This document shows, one piece after another, positions 28,674 to 39,164 of a stretch of DNA of 64,000 nt. Made by a program: the position numbers and the translations under genes. Each line of letters opens with the position of its first letter. Within the stretch, counting starts at the first letter, position 1. A model generated the notes under the pieces. The model was given only the letters and a program-made list of their open reading frames with translations, had not been told where the DNA came from and searched no databases. The DNA is from Candidatus Krumholzibacteriia bacterium (GTDB taxonomy: Bacteria; Krumholzibacteriota; Krumholzibacteriia; Krumholzibacteriales; Krumholzibacteriaceae), in contig CAWIIQ010000002.1 of NCBI GenBank assembly GCA_963836185.1, positions 160,001 to 224,000 on the forward strand, written 5' to 3'.

Positions 28674-29289
28674 TCAGGAGAGAAACGGATTTTCCGATTT
28701 TTCCTCGTCGATCGAGGTCGCCGGCCCGTGTCCCGCGTAGACGACCGTATCTCCGGGAAGCGAGAACAGCTCCCGCCGGATCGAGGCGAGGATAGTCTCC
28801 ATGTCGCCTCCGAAGAAGTCTGTTCTGCCGATAGAGCGGGCAAAGAGAGTGTCCCCGACGAATACCGCCCCGTCGAAGAGCAGGCAGATGCCGCCTTTCG
28901 TATGCCCCGGGGTGTGCAGCACCTTTCCGCTCTCACCGCCGAACTCGATCGTATCGCCCGCCGAGAGGCTCCGAGCGATCGATACGTTCTCGGGGCTGCC
29001 CAGGCCCCACATCGGGGCGTCGGCTACTGACATCTCGAGGGTTTCGAGGTCGTCGCCATGCATCGCGACATCGATCCCGTATCCGGCAGCCAGTTCGGCC
29101 GCGGAGACCATGTGGTCGCTGTGTCCGTGCGTCAGCACTATCAGGACGGGCCTGACGCCTGAGCGCTCGATATGATCCCTGATCCTCTCCGGGTTACCGC
29201 CCGGATCGATGATGATCGCCTCGCCAGCTGTCGGAGACTACGTAACAGTTTGTCGCCAGCGGCCCGACGACCAGGGTCTCTATCCGCAT
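28674..29289 (-). pseudogene. MBL-fold metallo-hydrolase (glyoxalase II-like), frameshifted near 29228
   Basis: MRIETLVVGPLATNCYVVSD in one frame; GEAIIIDPGG...THGHSDH...HTPGHT...GDTLF...GHG in another. Confidence 0.85.
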
Positions 29290-29298
29290 CGTGTTCCT

Positions 29299-29499
29299 CT
29301 ATTCTTCATCGGGGCACTCAAGCGCCCCGGTGGGACATACAAGAGCCGCCCGCCCGCAGGGGCGGCATCGCTCGGGGTATACCCGAAGGGTCATTCCCTC
29401 GATGATGAGCGCTTCGCTCGGGCAGACGGCAGAACAGGCGCCGCAGACAATGCAACTGGTGCGGTCTATTACTATTTGCGGCTTCGTATCTTTCATCAA
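29299..29499 (-). CDS. 2x[4Fe-4S] ferredoxin
   Basis: CIVCGACSAVCP and CRPCGRAALVCP. Confidence 0.85.
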   Translation of the reverse strand: MMKDTKPQIVIDRTSCIVCGACSAVCPSEALIIEGMTLRVYPERCRPCGRAALVCPTGALECPDEE

Positions 29500-29501
29500 T
29501 C

Positions 29502-30702
29502 TTACCTCTTTACGAGGGCGGTTACAAGCCTGAAGAGAAGTCCCGGACGCGTCGCCGCGAGGACACGCAGCATCTTGAGCGGATCGACGCCTGTAGCGGT
29601 GATCAGGCCCGGTGTATCCTTCAGCCTCGAGATCACCTTCTCCATCTCGTCGTCATCCATCGAGTAGAACGACCTGGCGGCCTGCCAGAAGATCTCGTTG
29701 GTTCTTCCTGTCGACCGCTTCCATCTCTTCGTATACCTGCCGAGGCTTCGCGACGATACATCCTCATCTTCGATGGCCTCGACGATCGTCTCCGCCGCGA
29801 GATCGGCCCCTTCGAGCGCGTTGATGATGCCTCCGCCCGAGAAAGCGTTGTTCTGGTTGGCCGCTTCGCCGACCGCTACAAATCCGCCGGCCGCGAGCGA
29901 GGGAAGCCCCCTGGCAACGACCGAGCCTCCGACGACCAGCCTGTCTCGCTCCGCTCCCGGGCAGCGACTCTCGAGGAACCGCTCAAGATAGTCGATCGCC
30001 TTGACGCCGCCGGCCATCGCGGGATTTACGCCGAGACCGATATTGGCTCTGCCCGGTCCCTTGGGGAATACCCAGGCGTACCCTCCGGGGGCGTAGCGCC
30101 GCCCGAGATGGAACTCTATCCTGCTCTCTACGGAATCTATCCCTTCGACGAGATACTGCGCCGCAGACATGACCTCGTGAGGATGGTAGGCGCCTTTGAG
30201 GCCCGCCCAGCGGGGTGATATCGATTCGACGCCGTCCGCTCCGGCCGTCACGAGGGCGCCGGCTGAATAGTTCCGGCCGCTGGCGAGGTCGGTGATCTCC
30301 ACGCCCTTTATCCTGTGATCGTTTCTCAGCAGCCCTGTGACCTGGTGGGATGTCCGCAACTCCGCTCCCGCTTCGACGGCGAGATCGGCGAGCCTGCCGG
30401 TCGAAACGCTCGCGATCGACGATGAATCCGACACCGCGTTTCTCAGCCTCGAACCACCTGCCCCTTGGAGAGACGACGGCGAATCCTTCGATGGTCGATG
30501 AAATCAGGTCGTCATCGAGTTCGAGGAAGCGTTCGACATCCTCGCGCGGGCCGATGCCCTCGGCGCACCTCACAGGGAAGCCTATCTTCTTTCTTTTTTC
30601 AAGAAGGAGGGTCGAGAGCCCCGCACTGGCGGTGAGCGCGGCGGTCCTGGAACCGGCGGGACCGGCTCCTATGACGATGACATCGAAATTCTCGTCAAGC
30701 AT
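29502..30702 (-). pseudogene. Geranylgeranyl reductase family FAD oxidoreductase, frameshifted near 30398
   Basis: GAGPAG, RCAEG, DRERFD in frame 1; RLADLA..AGA, ADG, PGGYAWVFPKG, GEAA, GGGI in frame 2. Confidence 0.88.
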
Positions 30703-31466
30703 CAGAAATAGTACTGGAGACCGATAGCCAGGCAGAGCCCGGAATAGTCGATGTCGAAGTTTGCGTCATGGATCTTGAACTTGCTCTGCGTCATCTGGAA
30801 CCGGCCGTCGATAGTGGCGCCCCACTTGTTCGATATATAGTAGTTGATCCCGAACTGGGCGTAGACGCCCGGCTCGAAGCTCGTCTCGGTGACATTCTCG
30901 TTAGGGGTGTCCAGGACCGTTCCATCATCTTCCGTGAAGGTCGATTCAAGCTTCTCATAGGGGATTACCCCCGAGAAGCCGCCGCCGATGTACGGCGCGA
31001 TCTTCTGAACCTCGGGCTTGATCATATAGTACAGAAATCCCAGGTCGATAGAGAACAGATATGTCGAGAGTGTCCTTTCCGACGTTACATAGACAGGCGG
31101 ATCGGTGATCGTGTACAGCTCGCCATTGCCATCGGCGCTGAGATAGGCGAAATTGAAGTTTGTCACCAGAAAGTGGTTGGGAGAGACCTGTCTCTGGTAC
31201 CCGGCCCTCATATAGAACGATGTCGACCAGTCTTCCCACGATTCGGAGCCGCCGCGCAGCTCCGCATAGTTGCTGAGATGCTCGGTCAGGTACTGGTGAT
31301 CCGGCCCGTCGAGAAACCCGACGAACAGATTTATCCCGTTCATCGGGATTGCGCCGAAGTACTTCTTCTGCTTGTAGAGTGAAGACTGGCCAGAAACTTC
31401 GGCTGTGGAAAATATCACGAGCAGCGCAATAACGATCGGAAAGGATTTTCTCATCAGAACTCCCAT
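30702..31466 (-). CDS. Outer-membrane beta-barrel protein
   Basis: Signal peptide, amphipathic strands, PYIGGG, C-terminal GLQYYF. Confidence 0.75.
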   Translation of the reverse strand: MGVLMRKSFPIVIALLVIFSTAEVSGQSSLYKQKKYFGAIPMNGINLFVGFLDGPDHQYLTEHLSNYAELRGGSESWEDWSTSFYMRAGYQRQVSPNHFLVTNFNFAYLSADGNGELYTITDPPVYVTSERTLSTYLFSIDLGFLYYMIKPEVQKIAPYIGGGFSGVIPYEKLESTFTEDDGTVLDTPNENVTETSFEPGVYAQFGINYYISNKWGATIDGRFQMTQSKFKIHDANFDIDYSGLCLAIGLQYYF

Positions 31467-31511
31467 TCTCAGCGGTGGCGGGGTCGTCTTTGACGTCGTA
31501 TTTGCCCTTTA

Positions 31512-31540
31512 AATCTAACTATAGAGAGCCATCAAGTCAA
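31512..31540 (-). promoter_or_regulatory. Putative sigma70 promoter
   Basis: TTGACT-N17-TAGATT on the minus strand. Confidence 0.4.
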
Positions 31541-31550
31541 TCAGGGACTG

Positions 31551-31904
31551 TCAGTACGAGTCGTTCGGGACGAGGCAGAGGAATCGCAGCGCCTCTTTGC
31601 CCGTGTTGACGAACTGATGCTCTCTGCCGGGCGGCACGAGGATGAACCACCCCTTCTCGAACGGTCTTCGGGCGCCTTCAAACTTCAGCTCTCCCTTTCC
31701 GTCGACGATGTAGACCTCATGTTCCCAGTCATGGGTGTGGAGGGGGGAATGCCCCCCGGGAGCGACCTCGAAGAGCCGCATGGCGAATCCGGGGGCGCCG
31801 TCTTCTTTCGAGATGAGCCACCTTATCGATACTCCCTCGACTCCATCCATCTCTACCTTGCTGGCGCAGACATCGAGCGCTTTCATCATCTTGAGCCCTG
31901 ACAT
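31551..31904 (-). CDS. Cupin domain protein
   Basis: PGG.SP.H.H..EHE and PG.EH.F.N. Confidence 0.9.
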   Translation of the reverse strand: MSGLKMMKALDVCASKVEMDGVEGVSIRWLISKEDGAPGFAMRLFEVAPGGHSPLHTHDWEHEVYIVDGKGELKFEGARRPFEKGWFILVPPGREHQFVNTGKEALRFLCLVPNDSY

Positions 31905-32014
31905 ATCAATGCTCCTTTCGACAGTATGGTATTTTCTTGACGATAACCGATGGAGGACAGCGGTTCAATATCCACTTGCGATAAAAGACGCGCGGGTACA
32001 TGATTTCTACCGTT

Positions 32015-32497
32015 ATGAAAGAGATAGTCTTCGTATGTACCGGTAACATGTGCCGCAGCCCGATGGCGGAGGGCCTTCTCCGCTTCGCGCTTCCGCCCGG
32101 ATGGAGAGATGAGGTGACCGTTTCCTCGGCCGGTACCCACGCATGGGACGGTCAGCCCGCCTCGACTCTGGCAGTGACGGTAATGAAGGAGAAGGGGATC
32201 GACATCTCTGGACACAGGGCGCGGCAAGTCACACCCGATATGATCAACAAGGCTTCGCTCGTCGTCGCACTTGCGGGAAACCACCTCGGGTATATGGAGG
32301 CGCTGGTCCCGGGGGCCGGTGAATGGATGATCCTGCTCGGATCGCTCGATGCCGAACGCGGGGATAAGGACGTCCGCGATCCGATAGGGGGCAGCCTCGA
32401 GGATTACAGGGGCGCGCGAGACGATATCGCCCATCTCATCGTACTCCTGCTGAATTACGTCGGTGAAAGATTTGGACTTCCCGGTGACAGAGACTGA
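32015..32497 (+). CDS. Low-molecular-weight protein Tyr/Arg phosphatase
   Basis: FVCTGNMCRSPMAE, SAG, DP.G. Confidence 0.92.
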   Translation: MKEIVFVCTGNMCRSPMAEGLLRFALPPGWRDEVTVSSAGTHAWDGQPASTLAVTVMKEKGIDISGHRARQVTPDMINKASLVVALAGNHLGYMEALVPGAGEWMILLGSLDAERGDKDVRDPIGGSLEDYRGARDDIAHLIVLLLNYVGERFGLPGDRD

Positions 32498-32712
32498 CCC
32501 TGTATATTCTCTTATAAACAAACGTATTACATCGTCTGCCCGGCCTTTTATCCGGTATTCTGGAAATTACTGCGAAAAATGGATTTTTTGGTTGCCCGCC
32601 GTGAGGATTTATTCATATAATAAATCGGGTCGTGAACTGGAATCACGGTTCTGATAGGTGATTTTCCCGCGATACACGATCCGTATTCACTGGTTCCAAA
32701 AGGAGAATAGAG

Positions 32713-33633
32713 ATGGGTATTCCGAAGTCCGACAAGATCTGGATGGACGGCAAGTTCGTCGACTGGGATGACGCGAACATTCATGTATGCTCGCATGTCG
32801 TACATTACGGCACGTGCCTGTTCGAGGGCATCCGATGTTACAAGACGAGCAAGGGCCCGGCGGTCTTCAGGCTCGAGCCGCATATCAAGAGGCTCTACAA
32901 CTCATCGAAGATGTACCGGATGGAACCTGAGATGCCGATGGCTGACTTCATGGAGGCGTGCTTCGAGACGATCAGGGTCAACAAGATGGAGGAATGCTAC
33001 ATCAGGCCGGTCGTCTATCGCGGCTACGACTCTCTGGGCGTCAACCCGTTCCCCAACCCGATAAACATGTTCATCGTCGTGTGGGAATGGGGCAAGTACC
33101 TCGGTCCCGAAGCGCTCGAGCAGGGCGTTGACGTGATGGTCTCGAGCTGGGACCGTATAGCGCCGAACACCCTTCCCGCCCTGGCCAAGAGCGGCGCTAA
33201 CTACATGAACTCGCAGCTGATCAAGATGGAAGCGATCGTAAACGGTTACGTCGAGGGCATAGCGCTCGACGCGGGCGGATACGTCAGCGAGGGCAGCGGC
33301 GAGAATATCTTTCTCGTACAGGACGGCAAGCTGTACACTCCGCCTCTGGGCGCGAGCGTGCTTCCGGGTATCACCCGCAACACGACCATAGAGCTGGCTC
33401 AGGATCTCGGCTACGAGGTCATCGAGAAACTGGTCCCGCGCGAGATGCTCTACACCGCCGACGAGGTCTTCTTCACCGGGACGGCGGCGGAGATCTCGCC
33501 GATCAGAAGCGTCGACAAGATCCAGGTAGGAGAGGGCAGGCGCGGCCCCATCACGAAGGAGCTGCAGGACCTGTTCTTCAAGATGCTCAATGCTGAAGTC
33601 GACAAGTACATGCATTGGCTCGACTTCGTATAG
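32713..33633 (+). CDS. ilvE: Branched-chain amino acid aminotransferase
   Basis: HYG..FEGIR, YIRP, AKSGANY, EGSGEN, LPGITR, TGTAAE. Confidence 0.96.
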   Translation: MGIPKSDKIWMDGKFVDWDDANIHVCSHVVHYGTCLFEGIRCYKTSKGPAVFRLEPHIKRLYNSSKMYRMEPEMPMADFMEACFETIRVNKMEECYIRPVVYRGYDSLGVNPFPNPINMFIVVWEWGKYLGPEALEQGVDVMVSSWDRIAPNTLPALAKSGANYMNSQLIKMEAIVNGYVEGIALDAGGYVSEGSGENIFLVQDGKLYTPPLGASVLPGITRNTTIELAQDLGYEVIEKLVPREMLYTADEVFFTGTAAEISPIRSVDKIQVGEGRRGPITKELQDLFFKMLNAEVDKYMHWLDFV

Positions 33634-33702
33634 TCGAGATTGTAATATCGGCTTTGCGCGGATAGATGAGGACACGTTTTTCCTTCTTGAAAGGATAGTG
33701 TC

Positions 33703-34146
33703 TTGAAGATCGCAATCGGTTCCGATCATCGAGGCTACTCCCTCAAGGAACGGATCAAGAAACTGCTTGCCGGCGACGGTCACGAGATCGTCGATGTCGG
33801 CACGGACAGTGAGGATTCGACGGATTACCCCGATTACGCCATTCCGGTAGCGGAGAAGACCGCAGGCGGGGAGGTTGACCGGGGTATCGTCATATGCGGC
33901 TCGGGTATAGGCATATCGATAGCTGCCAACAAGGTCGACGGCGCGAGGGCGGCCCTCGTCTGGACGGTCGACCAGGCCAGGATGACGAGGCTGCACAACG
34001 ATTCGAATGTACTCGCTCTCGCGGAAGCCATGATGGACAACGAGCAGCTCGATGAGATCGTGCGAGTATGGATCGATACCGGGTTCGAGGGGGGGCGCCA
34101 CCAGAGGCGCGTCGACAAGATCACCGACTACGAAAAAAACAGGTAG
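33703..34146 (+). CDS. rpiB: Ribose-5-phosphate isomerase B
   Basis: GSDHRG, DYPD, CGSGIG, ANK, HND.N, GGRH.RR. Confidence 0.96.
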   Translation: MKIAIGSDHRGYSLKERIKKLLAGDGHEIVDVGTDSEDSTDYPDYAIPVAEKTAGGEVDRGIVICGSGIGISIAANKVDGARAALVWTVDQARMTRLHNDSNVLALAEAMMDNEQLDEIVRVWIDTGFEGGRHQRRVDKITDYEKNR

Positions 34147-34181
34147 AGGCCGGGCGGCAGCCCGGGAGAGGGGCATTGAAG

Positions 34182-35438
34182 ATGCTGTACGACGAGAACC
34201 TGTTCCCATATCTCGAGAAGACAGATCCCGAGATAATGGAGACGATGCGGGGAGAGCTGGCCAGGCAGCAGGGGCAGCTCGAGCTTATAGCGAGCGAGAA
34301 TTTTACGAGCAGGGCCGTCATGGCCGCACTGAGCAACCCGATGCAGAACAAGTATGCCGAAGGGTATCCCCGCAAGCGGTACTACCGCGGTTGCAAGTGG
34401 GTAGACAGGGCGGAGGACATCGCGCGCGACCGTGCGAAGGAGCTCTTCGGAGCCGAGTACGCCAATGTTCAGCCTCACTCGGGTACCCAGGCCAATATCT
34501 CGGCCTACCTCGCTCTTATCAAGCCGGGCGATACGATGATGGGACTGAGCCTTTCGCACGGCGGCCATCTCTCGCACGGCCACCCGGTCAACTTCTCCGG
34601 CATGTTCTACAATGTCGTTCCGTACGAGGTCGATCCGGAAACGAAAGTCCTCAACTATGACAGTATCGAGAAACAGGCGAACGAGGTTAAGCCCAAGCTG
34701 CTCGTCGCCGGCGCGAGCGCATACCCGAGGTTCTGGGACTGGGAACGCCTGCGCGCTATATGCGACGGCGTGGGAGCGATGCTGATGGTCGACATCGCCC
34801 ATATCGCCGGCCTCATAGCGGCGGACGTCCACCCGAGCCCCGTTCCTTTCGCCGACATAGTCACATCGACGACACACAAGACCCTTCGCGGCCCGCGCGG
34901 AGGACTGATACTCTGCCGCGAGCAGTACGCGAAGGATGTCGACAAGTACAACTTCCCCGGCACGCAGGGCGGGCCCTTCATGCACGCCATCGCTGCGAAA
35001 GCTGTCTGCTTCAAGGAAGCGATGTCGGATGAGTTCAAGCAGTACCAGCGGCAGACGGTGGACAACGCGGCCAGGCTCGCCGCGGTGGTGATGGAGAAGG
35101 GGTACGACGTCGTCAGCGGCGGCACCGACAACCATCTCTTCCTCGTCGACCTGACGGCTAAGGGACTTACCGGCAAGGAGGCGGCGAAGGCGCTGCACAA
35201 GGCCGGTATCACGGTAAACAAGAACACAGTCCCGTTTGACAAGCAGAGCCCTTTCGTGACATCGGGGATCCGCGTAGGGACGCCGGCTCTGACGACGCGG
35301 GGGATGAAGGAGCCCGAGATGGACGAGGTCGGAGGCCTGATGGCCGAGGTCCTCGGGGACCTCGAGAACGCCGACGTGATCGAATCGGTAAAGATCAGGG
35401 TGGCGGACCTTACGAAGAGGTTCCCGCTGTACGAATAG
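34182..35438 (+). CDS. glyA: Serine hydroxymethyltransferase
   Basis: [39 protein letters not shown]. Confidence 0.97.
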   Translation: MLYDENLFPYLEKTDPEIMETMRGELARQQGQLELIASENFTSRAVMAALSNPMQNKYAEGYPRKRYYRGCKWVDRAEDIARDRAKELFGAEYANVQPHSGTQANISAYLALIKPGDTMMGLSLSHGGHLSHGHPVNFSGMFYNVVPYEVDPETKVLNYDSIEKQANEVKPKLLVAGASAYPRFWDWERLRAICDGVGAMLMVDIAHIAGLIAADVHPSPVPFADIVTSTTHKTLRGPRGGLILCREQYAKDVDKYNFPGTQGGPFMHAIAAKAVCFKEAMSDEFKQYQRQTVDNAARLAAVVMEKGYDVVSGGTDNHLFLVDLTAKGLTGKEAAKALHKAGITVNKNTVPFDKQSPFVTSGIRVGTPALTTRGMKEPEMDEVGGLMAEVLGDLENADVIESVKIRVADLTKRFPLYE

Positions 35439-35450
35439 AGGAGATGCCTG

Positions 35451-35915
35451 GTGAAGAGGCCGACCTGGGACGAGTACTTCATGAAGATCACCCTTCTGGT
35501 GGCGGAGCGGTCCACATGCATGAGGCGCATGGTCGGGGCGATCATCGTGAAGGACAAGAAGATCGTCTCTACCGGTTACAACGGGGCGCCCAAGGGCCTG
35601 AAACACTGCCTCGAGGTCGGCTGCCTGCGCGATGAGATGGGTGTGCCGTCCGGAGAGCGTCATGAACTCTGCCGCGGTGCCCACGCCGAGCAGAACGCGA
35701 TCATCCAGGCGGCGGGAAGCGGCACGAACATGGATGGCGCGACGATGTACTGTACCGATTCACCATGTTCCACCTGCACGAAGATGATCATAAACTCCGG
35801 CATCAGGCGGCTGGTGCTCGGCAAGAAATATCCCGATGAGCTCGGCGAGAAGCTCATCCGCGAATCGGGGATCGAGACGGTCTATCTCGCGCTCGAGGCG
35901 GTATCCGGCAGTTGA
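35451..35915 (+). CDS. dCMP deaminase (ComEB-like)
   Basis: RPTWDEYFM, TGYNG, HAEQNA, PCSTC. Confidence 0.92.
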   Translation: MKRPTWDEYFMKITLLVAERSTCMRRMVGAIIVKDKKIVSTGYNGAPKGLKHCLEVGCLRDEMGVPSGERHELCRGAHAEQNAIIQAAGSGTNMDGATMYCTDSPCSTCTKMIINSGIRRLVLGKKYPDELGEKLIRESGIETVYLALEAVSGS

Positions 35916-35950
35916 TCCGGGGACCGGGAGGCTCAACACGGAGGCGGATA

Positions 35951-36409
35951 ATGCGCTGCCCCTCCTGCGGACACGAGGAAGACAAGGTCGTCGACAGCAG
36001 GTCGACGAAGGAGAACTCCGCGGTGCGAAGGCGCCGCGAATGCCTTTCCTGCGGACATCGATTCACCACTTACGAGTATGTCGAGCTCAGGCCCTTCATG
36101 GTCGTCAAAAAGGACGGCCGCAGGGAACACTACTCGCGTGAGAAGATCCTCAGCGGACTCCTGAGGGCGTGCGAGAAACGTCCCGTTTCAATGGAGACGC
36201 TGGAGAAACTTGTCGACGAGGTGGAGAAGTCCGTTTCGGCCAACGTTCGTGACGAGGTCCCGACCACAGAGATCGGAAACGAAGTGATGAAGCGCCTCGC
36301 CAGACTCGACCAGGTCGCCTATGTCAGGTTCGCCTCTGTCTATCGCGACTTCAAGGACGTCCAGCAGTTCCTCATGGAACTGCGCGGACTGCTGGAGAGC
36401 GGTGACTAG
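35951..36409 (+). CDS. nrdR: Transcriptional repressor NrdR
   Basis: MRCPSC, VVDSR, RRRREC..C..RFTTYE, ATP cone, VAYVRFASVY. Confidence 0.97.
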   Translation: MRCPSCGHEEDKVVDSRSTKENSAVRRRRECLSCGHRFTTYEYVELRPFMVVKKDGRREHYSREKILSGLLRACEKRPVSMETLEKLVDEVEKSVSANVRDEVPTTEIGNEVMKRLARLDQVAYVRFASVYRDFKDVQQFLMELRGLLESGD

Positions 36410-36527
36410 GCTGCCGGAGCGTAGCGATGCGATTGCCGCTTTCCCATTCGAATCGAATCATGTAGATTATCTCTGTACAAGTACGTAATGGGACCCCCCC
36501 CCGATCTATCCTGGAGGTGCACAGGAC

Positions 36528-37382
36528 ATGACCAGAACAGTTTCTCGCTCCACTGTCTGTCTATTGCTGTTTTCGATCTTTATCGTTCCTGCTGTTTCCG
36601 GCCTGATATCGTCCGCGACGGCGCAGGAGGGAGAGCTGGTGACTCTCCGCTTCGCTCCAGAAGAGGGCAGGTTGTTCAAGTACAAGGGGGATTCCCGGAC
36701 CCAGAGATACTTCGGTGCGTTCAGTTTCGAGACGATCACGGGGCAGGAGCTCGAGATGTCGCTTCTCGAATTGCTGGAAAACGAGAATTTCAGGATGTCG
36801 GTGACCTTCACGAAATCGTCGACCAAGATGATGAGGATGGGTGACCTGATCGAGCAGGAACCGCGTATCAAACCCGAGGGCAGGACGGTCAAGGTGGAAG
36901 TCAGCCCGAAGGGCGAGGTCGTAGAAGCGCTAGGATTTATAATGGGCGTCAAAAAGGGCCGTCCTCTCGATACCTATATGGAGAAGTGGTTTTTCGAGCT
37001 GCCCGAGGAACCGGTCGGCAAGGGATCGACCTGGACCGTTCCGATAGATGAGGAGACACCGGGCGAGGGTGGCGAGGTCTATTCGGTCAAGGGAGCGGCA
37101 GAGTTCGAACTGAAGAAGATCGAAAAAAAGAACGGCATAATGGCCGCCGAGATAGAGGTAAAGGCCGAAGTGGAGATCCATTCGGACGGTGCGATGGGAA
37201 TGTTCGACGCTACTGCCAAGTCGAAAAAGAAGGTATACATAGCCATCGATGGCGGATATATCATCGAGGCGGATTCGAGTAACGAGGTCAAGGGCAAGAT
37301 GATCAGCGCGGACGCTAACGGCAAGGAGACCGAGAACGACGTCACCATGGTCGAGTCCGACAAGATAAAGCTGGAGAAGTAG
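36528..37382 (+). CDS. Secreted hypothetical protein
   Basis: Signal peptide ending ATA-Q; LP..PV..G..W motif; beta-rich composition. Confidence 0.65.
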   Translation: MTRTVSRSTVCLLLFSIFIVPAVSGLISSATAQEGELVTLRFAPEEGRLFKYKGDSRTQRYFGAFSFETITGQELEMSLLELLENENFRMSVTFTKSSTKMMRMGDLIEQEPRIKPEGRTVKVEVSPKGEVVEALGFIMGVKKGRPLDTYMEKWFFELPEEPVGKGSTWTVPIDEETPGEGGEVYSVKGAAEFELKKIEKKNGIMAAEIEVKAEVEIHSDGAMGMFDATAKSKKKVYIAIDGGYIIEADSSNEVKGKMISADANGKETENDVTMVESDKIKLEK

Positions 37383-37404
37383 GCCGTCCGGCCGGGGAGG
37401 CGCG

Positions 37405-38172
37405 TTGTCCGAAAATGGAGAGAAACTCAGGGAGATGGGATTTCTCGATCATCTCCTTGAATTGCGGGCGACTATCATATGGATCCTGTCCGTTTGGCTT
37501 GGTTCCTCGATCATACTCTGGTTTTTCTCCGGCTATCTGCTCGAGTTTATTCTCTCGACCATTCCGGTCGAGAGCCTATATTTCAACGCTCCGATAGAAG
37601 CTTTTATGGTGAGGCTCAAGCTGAGTTTCATCACGGGGGCGCTTATTGCATTCCCGTTCGCTCTTTTCAAGCTCTGGTCCTTCATCTCGCCCGGTCTCTT
37701 TTCCCGCGAAAAACGGGTCATTATCCCGATGATCGCTCCATCGGCGATCCTCTTCTATACCGGAGCGCTGTTTGCCTACTGGGTGATGGTGCCGATCGTC
37801 CTGGGATTCCTTCTAAAGTTCGGGACCGACACGCTCGAGCCGCTCATATCGGTATCGAAGTACTTCGAGTTCGTTGCCCGGCTCTGCTTCGCCTTCGGGG
37901 TGGTCTTCCAGCTTCCACTGGCTATAATCTTCCTCACCTGGATCGGTGTCGTGTCGCCGAGGACGTTGCTTCGCAAGTGGCGCTACGCGATCGTGATCAT
38001 CTTCATCACGGGCGCCGTGCTTACACCTCCCGATCCGGCGTCGCAGCTGCTGATGGCGGTCCCGCTGGTGTTTCTCTTCATGGGAAGCGTCCTGCTCTCG
38101 CTCATATTCGAGAAGAAGAGGAAGCAGCGGGAAGAGGAGCGTGAGGCGGAGGAAGAGGGCGAGGAGGAATGA
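37405..38172 (+). CDS. tatC: Twin-arginine translocase subunit TatC
   Basis: DHLLELR, FISPGL..RE, FQLP, TPPD..SQ. Confidence 0.95.
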   Translation: MSENGEKLREMGFLDHLLELRATIIWILSVWLGSSIILWFFSGYLLEFILSTIPVESLYFNAPIEAFMVRLKLSFITGALIAFPFALFKLWSFISPGLFSREKRVIIPMIAPSAILFYTGALFAYWVMVPIVLGFLLKFGTDTLEPLISVSKYFEFVARLCFAFGVVFQLPLAIIFLTWIGVVSPRTLLRKWRYAIVIIFITGAVLTPPDPASQLLMAVPLVFLFMGSVLLSLIFEKKRKQREEEREAEEEGEEE

Positions 38173-39149
38173 GACTCGCATCAGGGAAGACGATGAAGTC
38201 TCTCGGGATAGTGGCGCTCCTCGCGGCCGTTTTTCTTCTTCTGCTCTTTCTCGACAGGTTCAAATTTGAATCCAGGACATTATTCATGTATGCCGTGCGG
38301 AATTTCGGCCATCTCCCGCTGTTCGGCGCTATCGCTGTTATCCTGTTTTGGATATTGCAGTTATCAGTGGGGCATCGTTTAGGCGCACTGCCCTGTTATC
38401 TTTTTGCCTGGCTCGGGGCCGTCGGTCTTGGCGCTGTTTCGGAATACCTTCAGATATCCACCGGACGTAACGCGGACCTGATGGACTGGGCCTATGATAT
38501 CGCCGGGGCGACCTCGTTTCTCGCCCTCTACTATTCTGTCGATCCCCGGATACCGGAAGGGTGGAAGCCGTCGCGGGATAAGTACAGAACGCCGGTCCGT
38601 ATCGCGGCTCTTCTGATAATACTGGGAGCCGGGATCCCGATGATCACGGGAGCCGCAGCAAGCAGGCTTCACAGAAGTTCGTTCCCGGAGATGCATTCCT
38701 TCGAAAACCGTCTTGAGAAGATGTTCATCAAAACGCCATACGCTGAGCTGGAATTTACCGATCCTCCGGACGAATGGTCTGGCCACGGCTCGCGGGTCGC
38801 CAGGGTCACGTTCCTGCCGGCGAAGTATCCGGGCCTGGCCTTTATCGGGCCCTGGCCCGACTGGCGCGATTATCAGACGCTGACATTCGATGTATTCTCG
38901 CTGGCCGCATCTCCGGTATCCCTTAACCTGATGATCAAGGATAACGAGACCGCGAGTTTTAACGACAGATATAACGGTGAACTGCGGATCCTTCCGGGGC
39001 TGAATGAGATCAGGATACTTCTTTCGGAGATAGAGAACGCCCCGGCAGACAGAAAGCTCGACCTCTCGTCGGTCCATGCGGTCCACCTGTTTCTCATCGA
39101 ACCACAGCAGCCGCTGATCCTCTATATCGACGATCTGTTCCTGGAGTGA
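38169..39149 (+). CDS. VanZ-family membrane protein with C-terminal carbohydrate-binding-like domain
   Basis: GH..LF, SE..Q..TGR.AD..D; soluble tail with DW.DY..L.FDV, PG.NEI.I, YIDD. Confidence 0.75.
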   Translation: MRLASGKTMKSLGIVALLAAVFLLLLFLDRFKFESRTLFMYAVRNFGHLPLFGAIAVILFWILQLSVGHRLGALPCYLFAWLGAVGLGAVSEYLQISTGRNADLMDWAYDIAGATSFLALYYSVDPRIPEGWKPSRDKYRTPVRIAALLIILGAGIPMITGAAASRLHRSSFPEMHSFENRLEKMFIKTPYAELEFTDPPDEWSGHGSRVARVTFLPAKYPGLAFIGPWPDWRDYQTLTFDVFSLAASPVSLNLMIKDNETASFNDRYNGELRILPGLNEIRILLSEIENAPADRKLDLSSVHAVHLFLIEPQQPLILYIDDLFLE

Positions 39150-39164
39150 GCTGTTCCCGGACGA

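Noticed and set aside
32902-35684. Long antisense ORFs (435 aa and 518 aa) over ilvE, rpiB and glyA
   Set aside because: Shadow frames of high-GC coding genes with no recognisable motifs; the same applies to 2094-3218, 40102-41535, 45334-46335 and 58529-59671.
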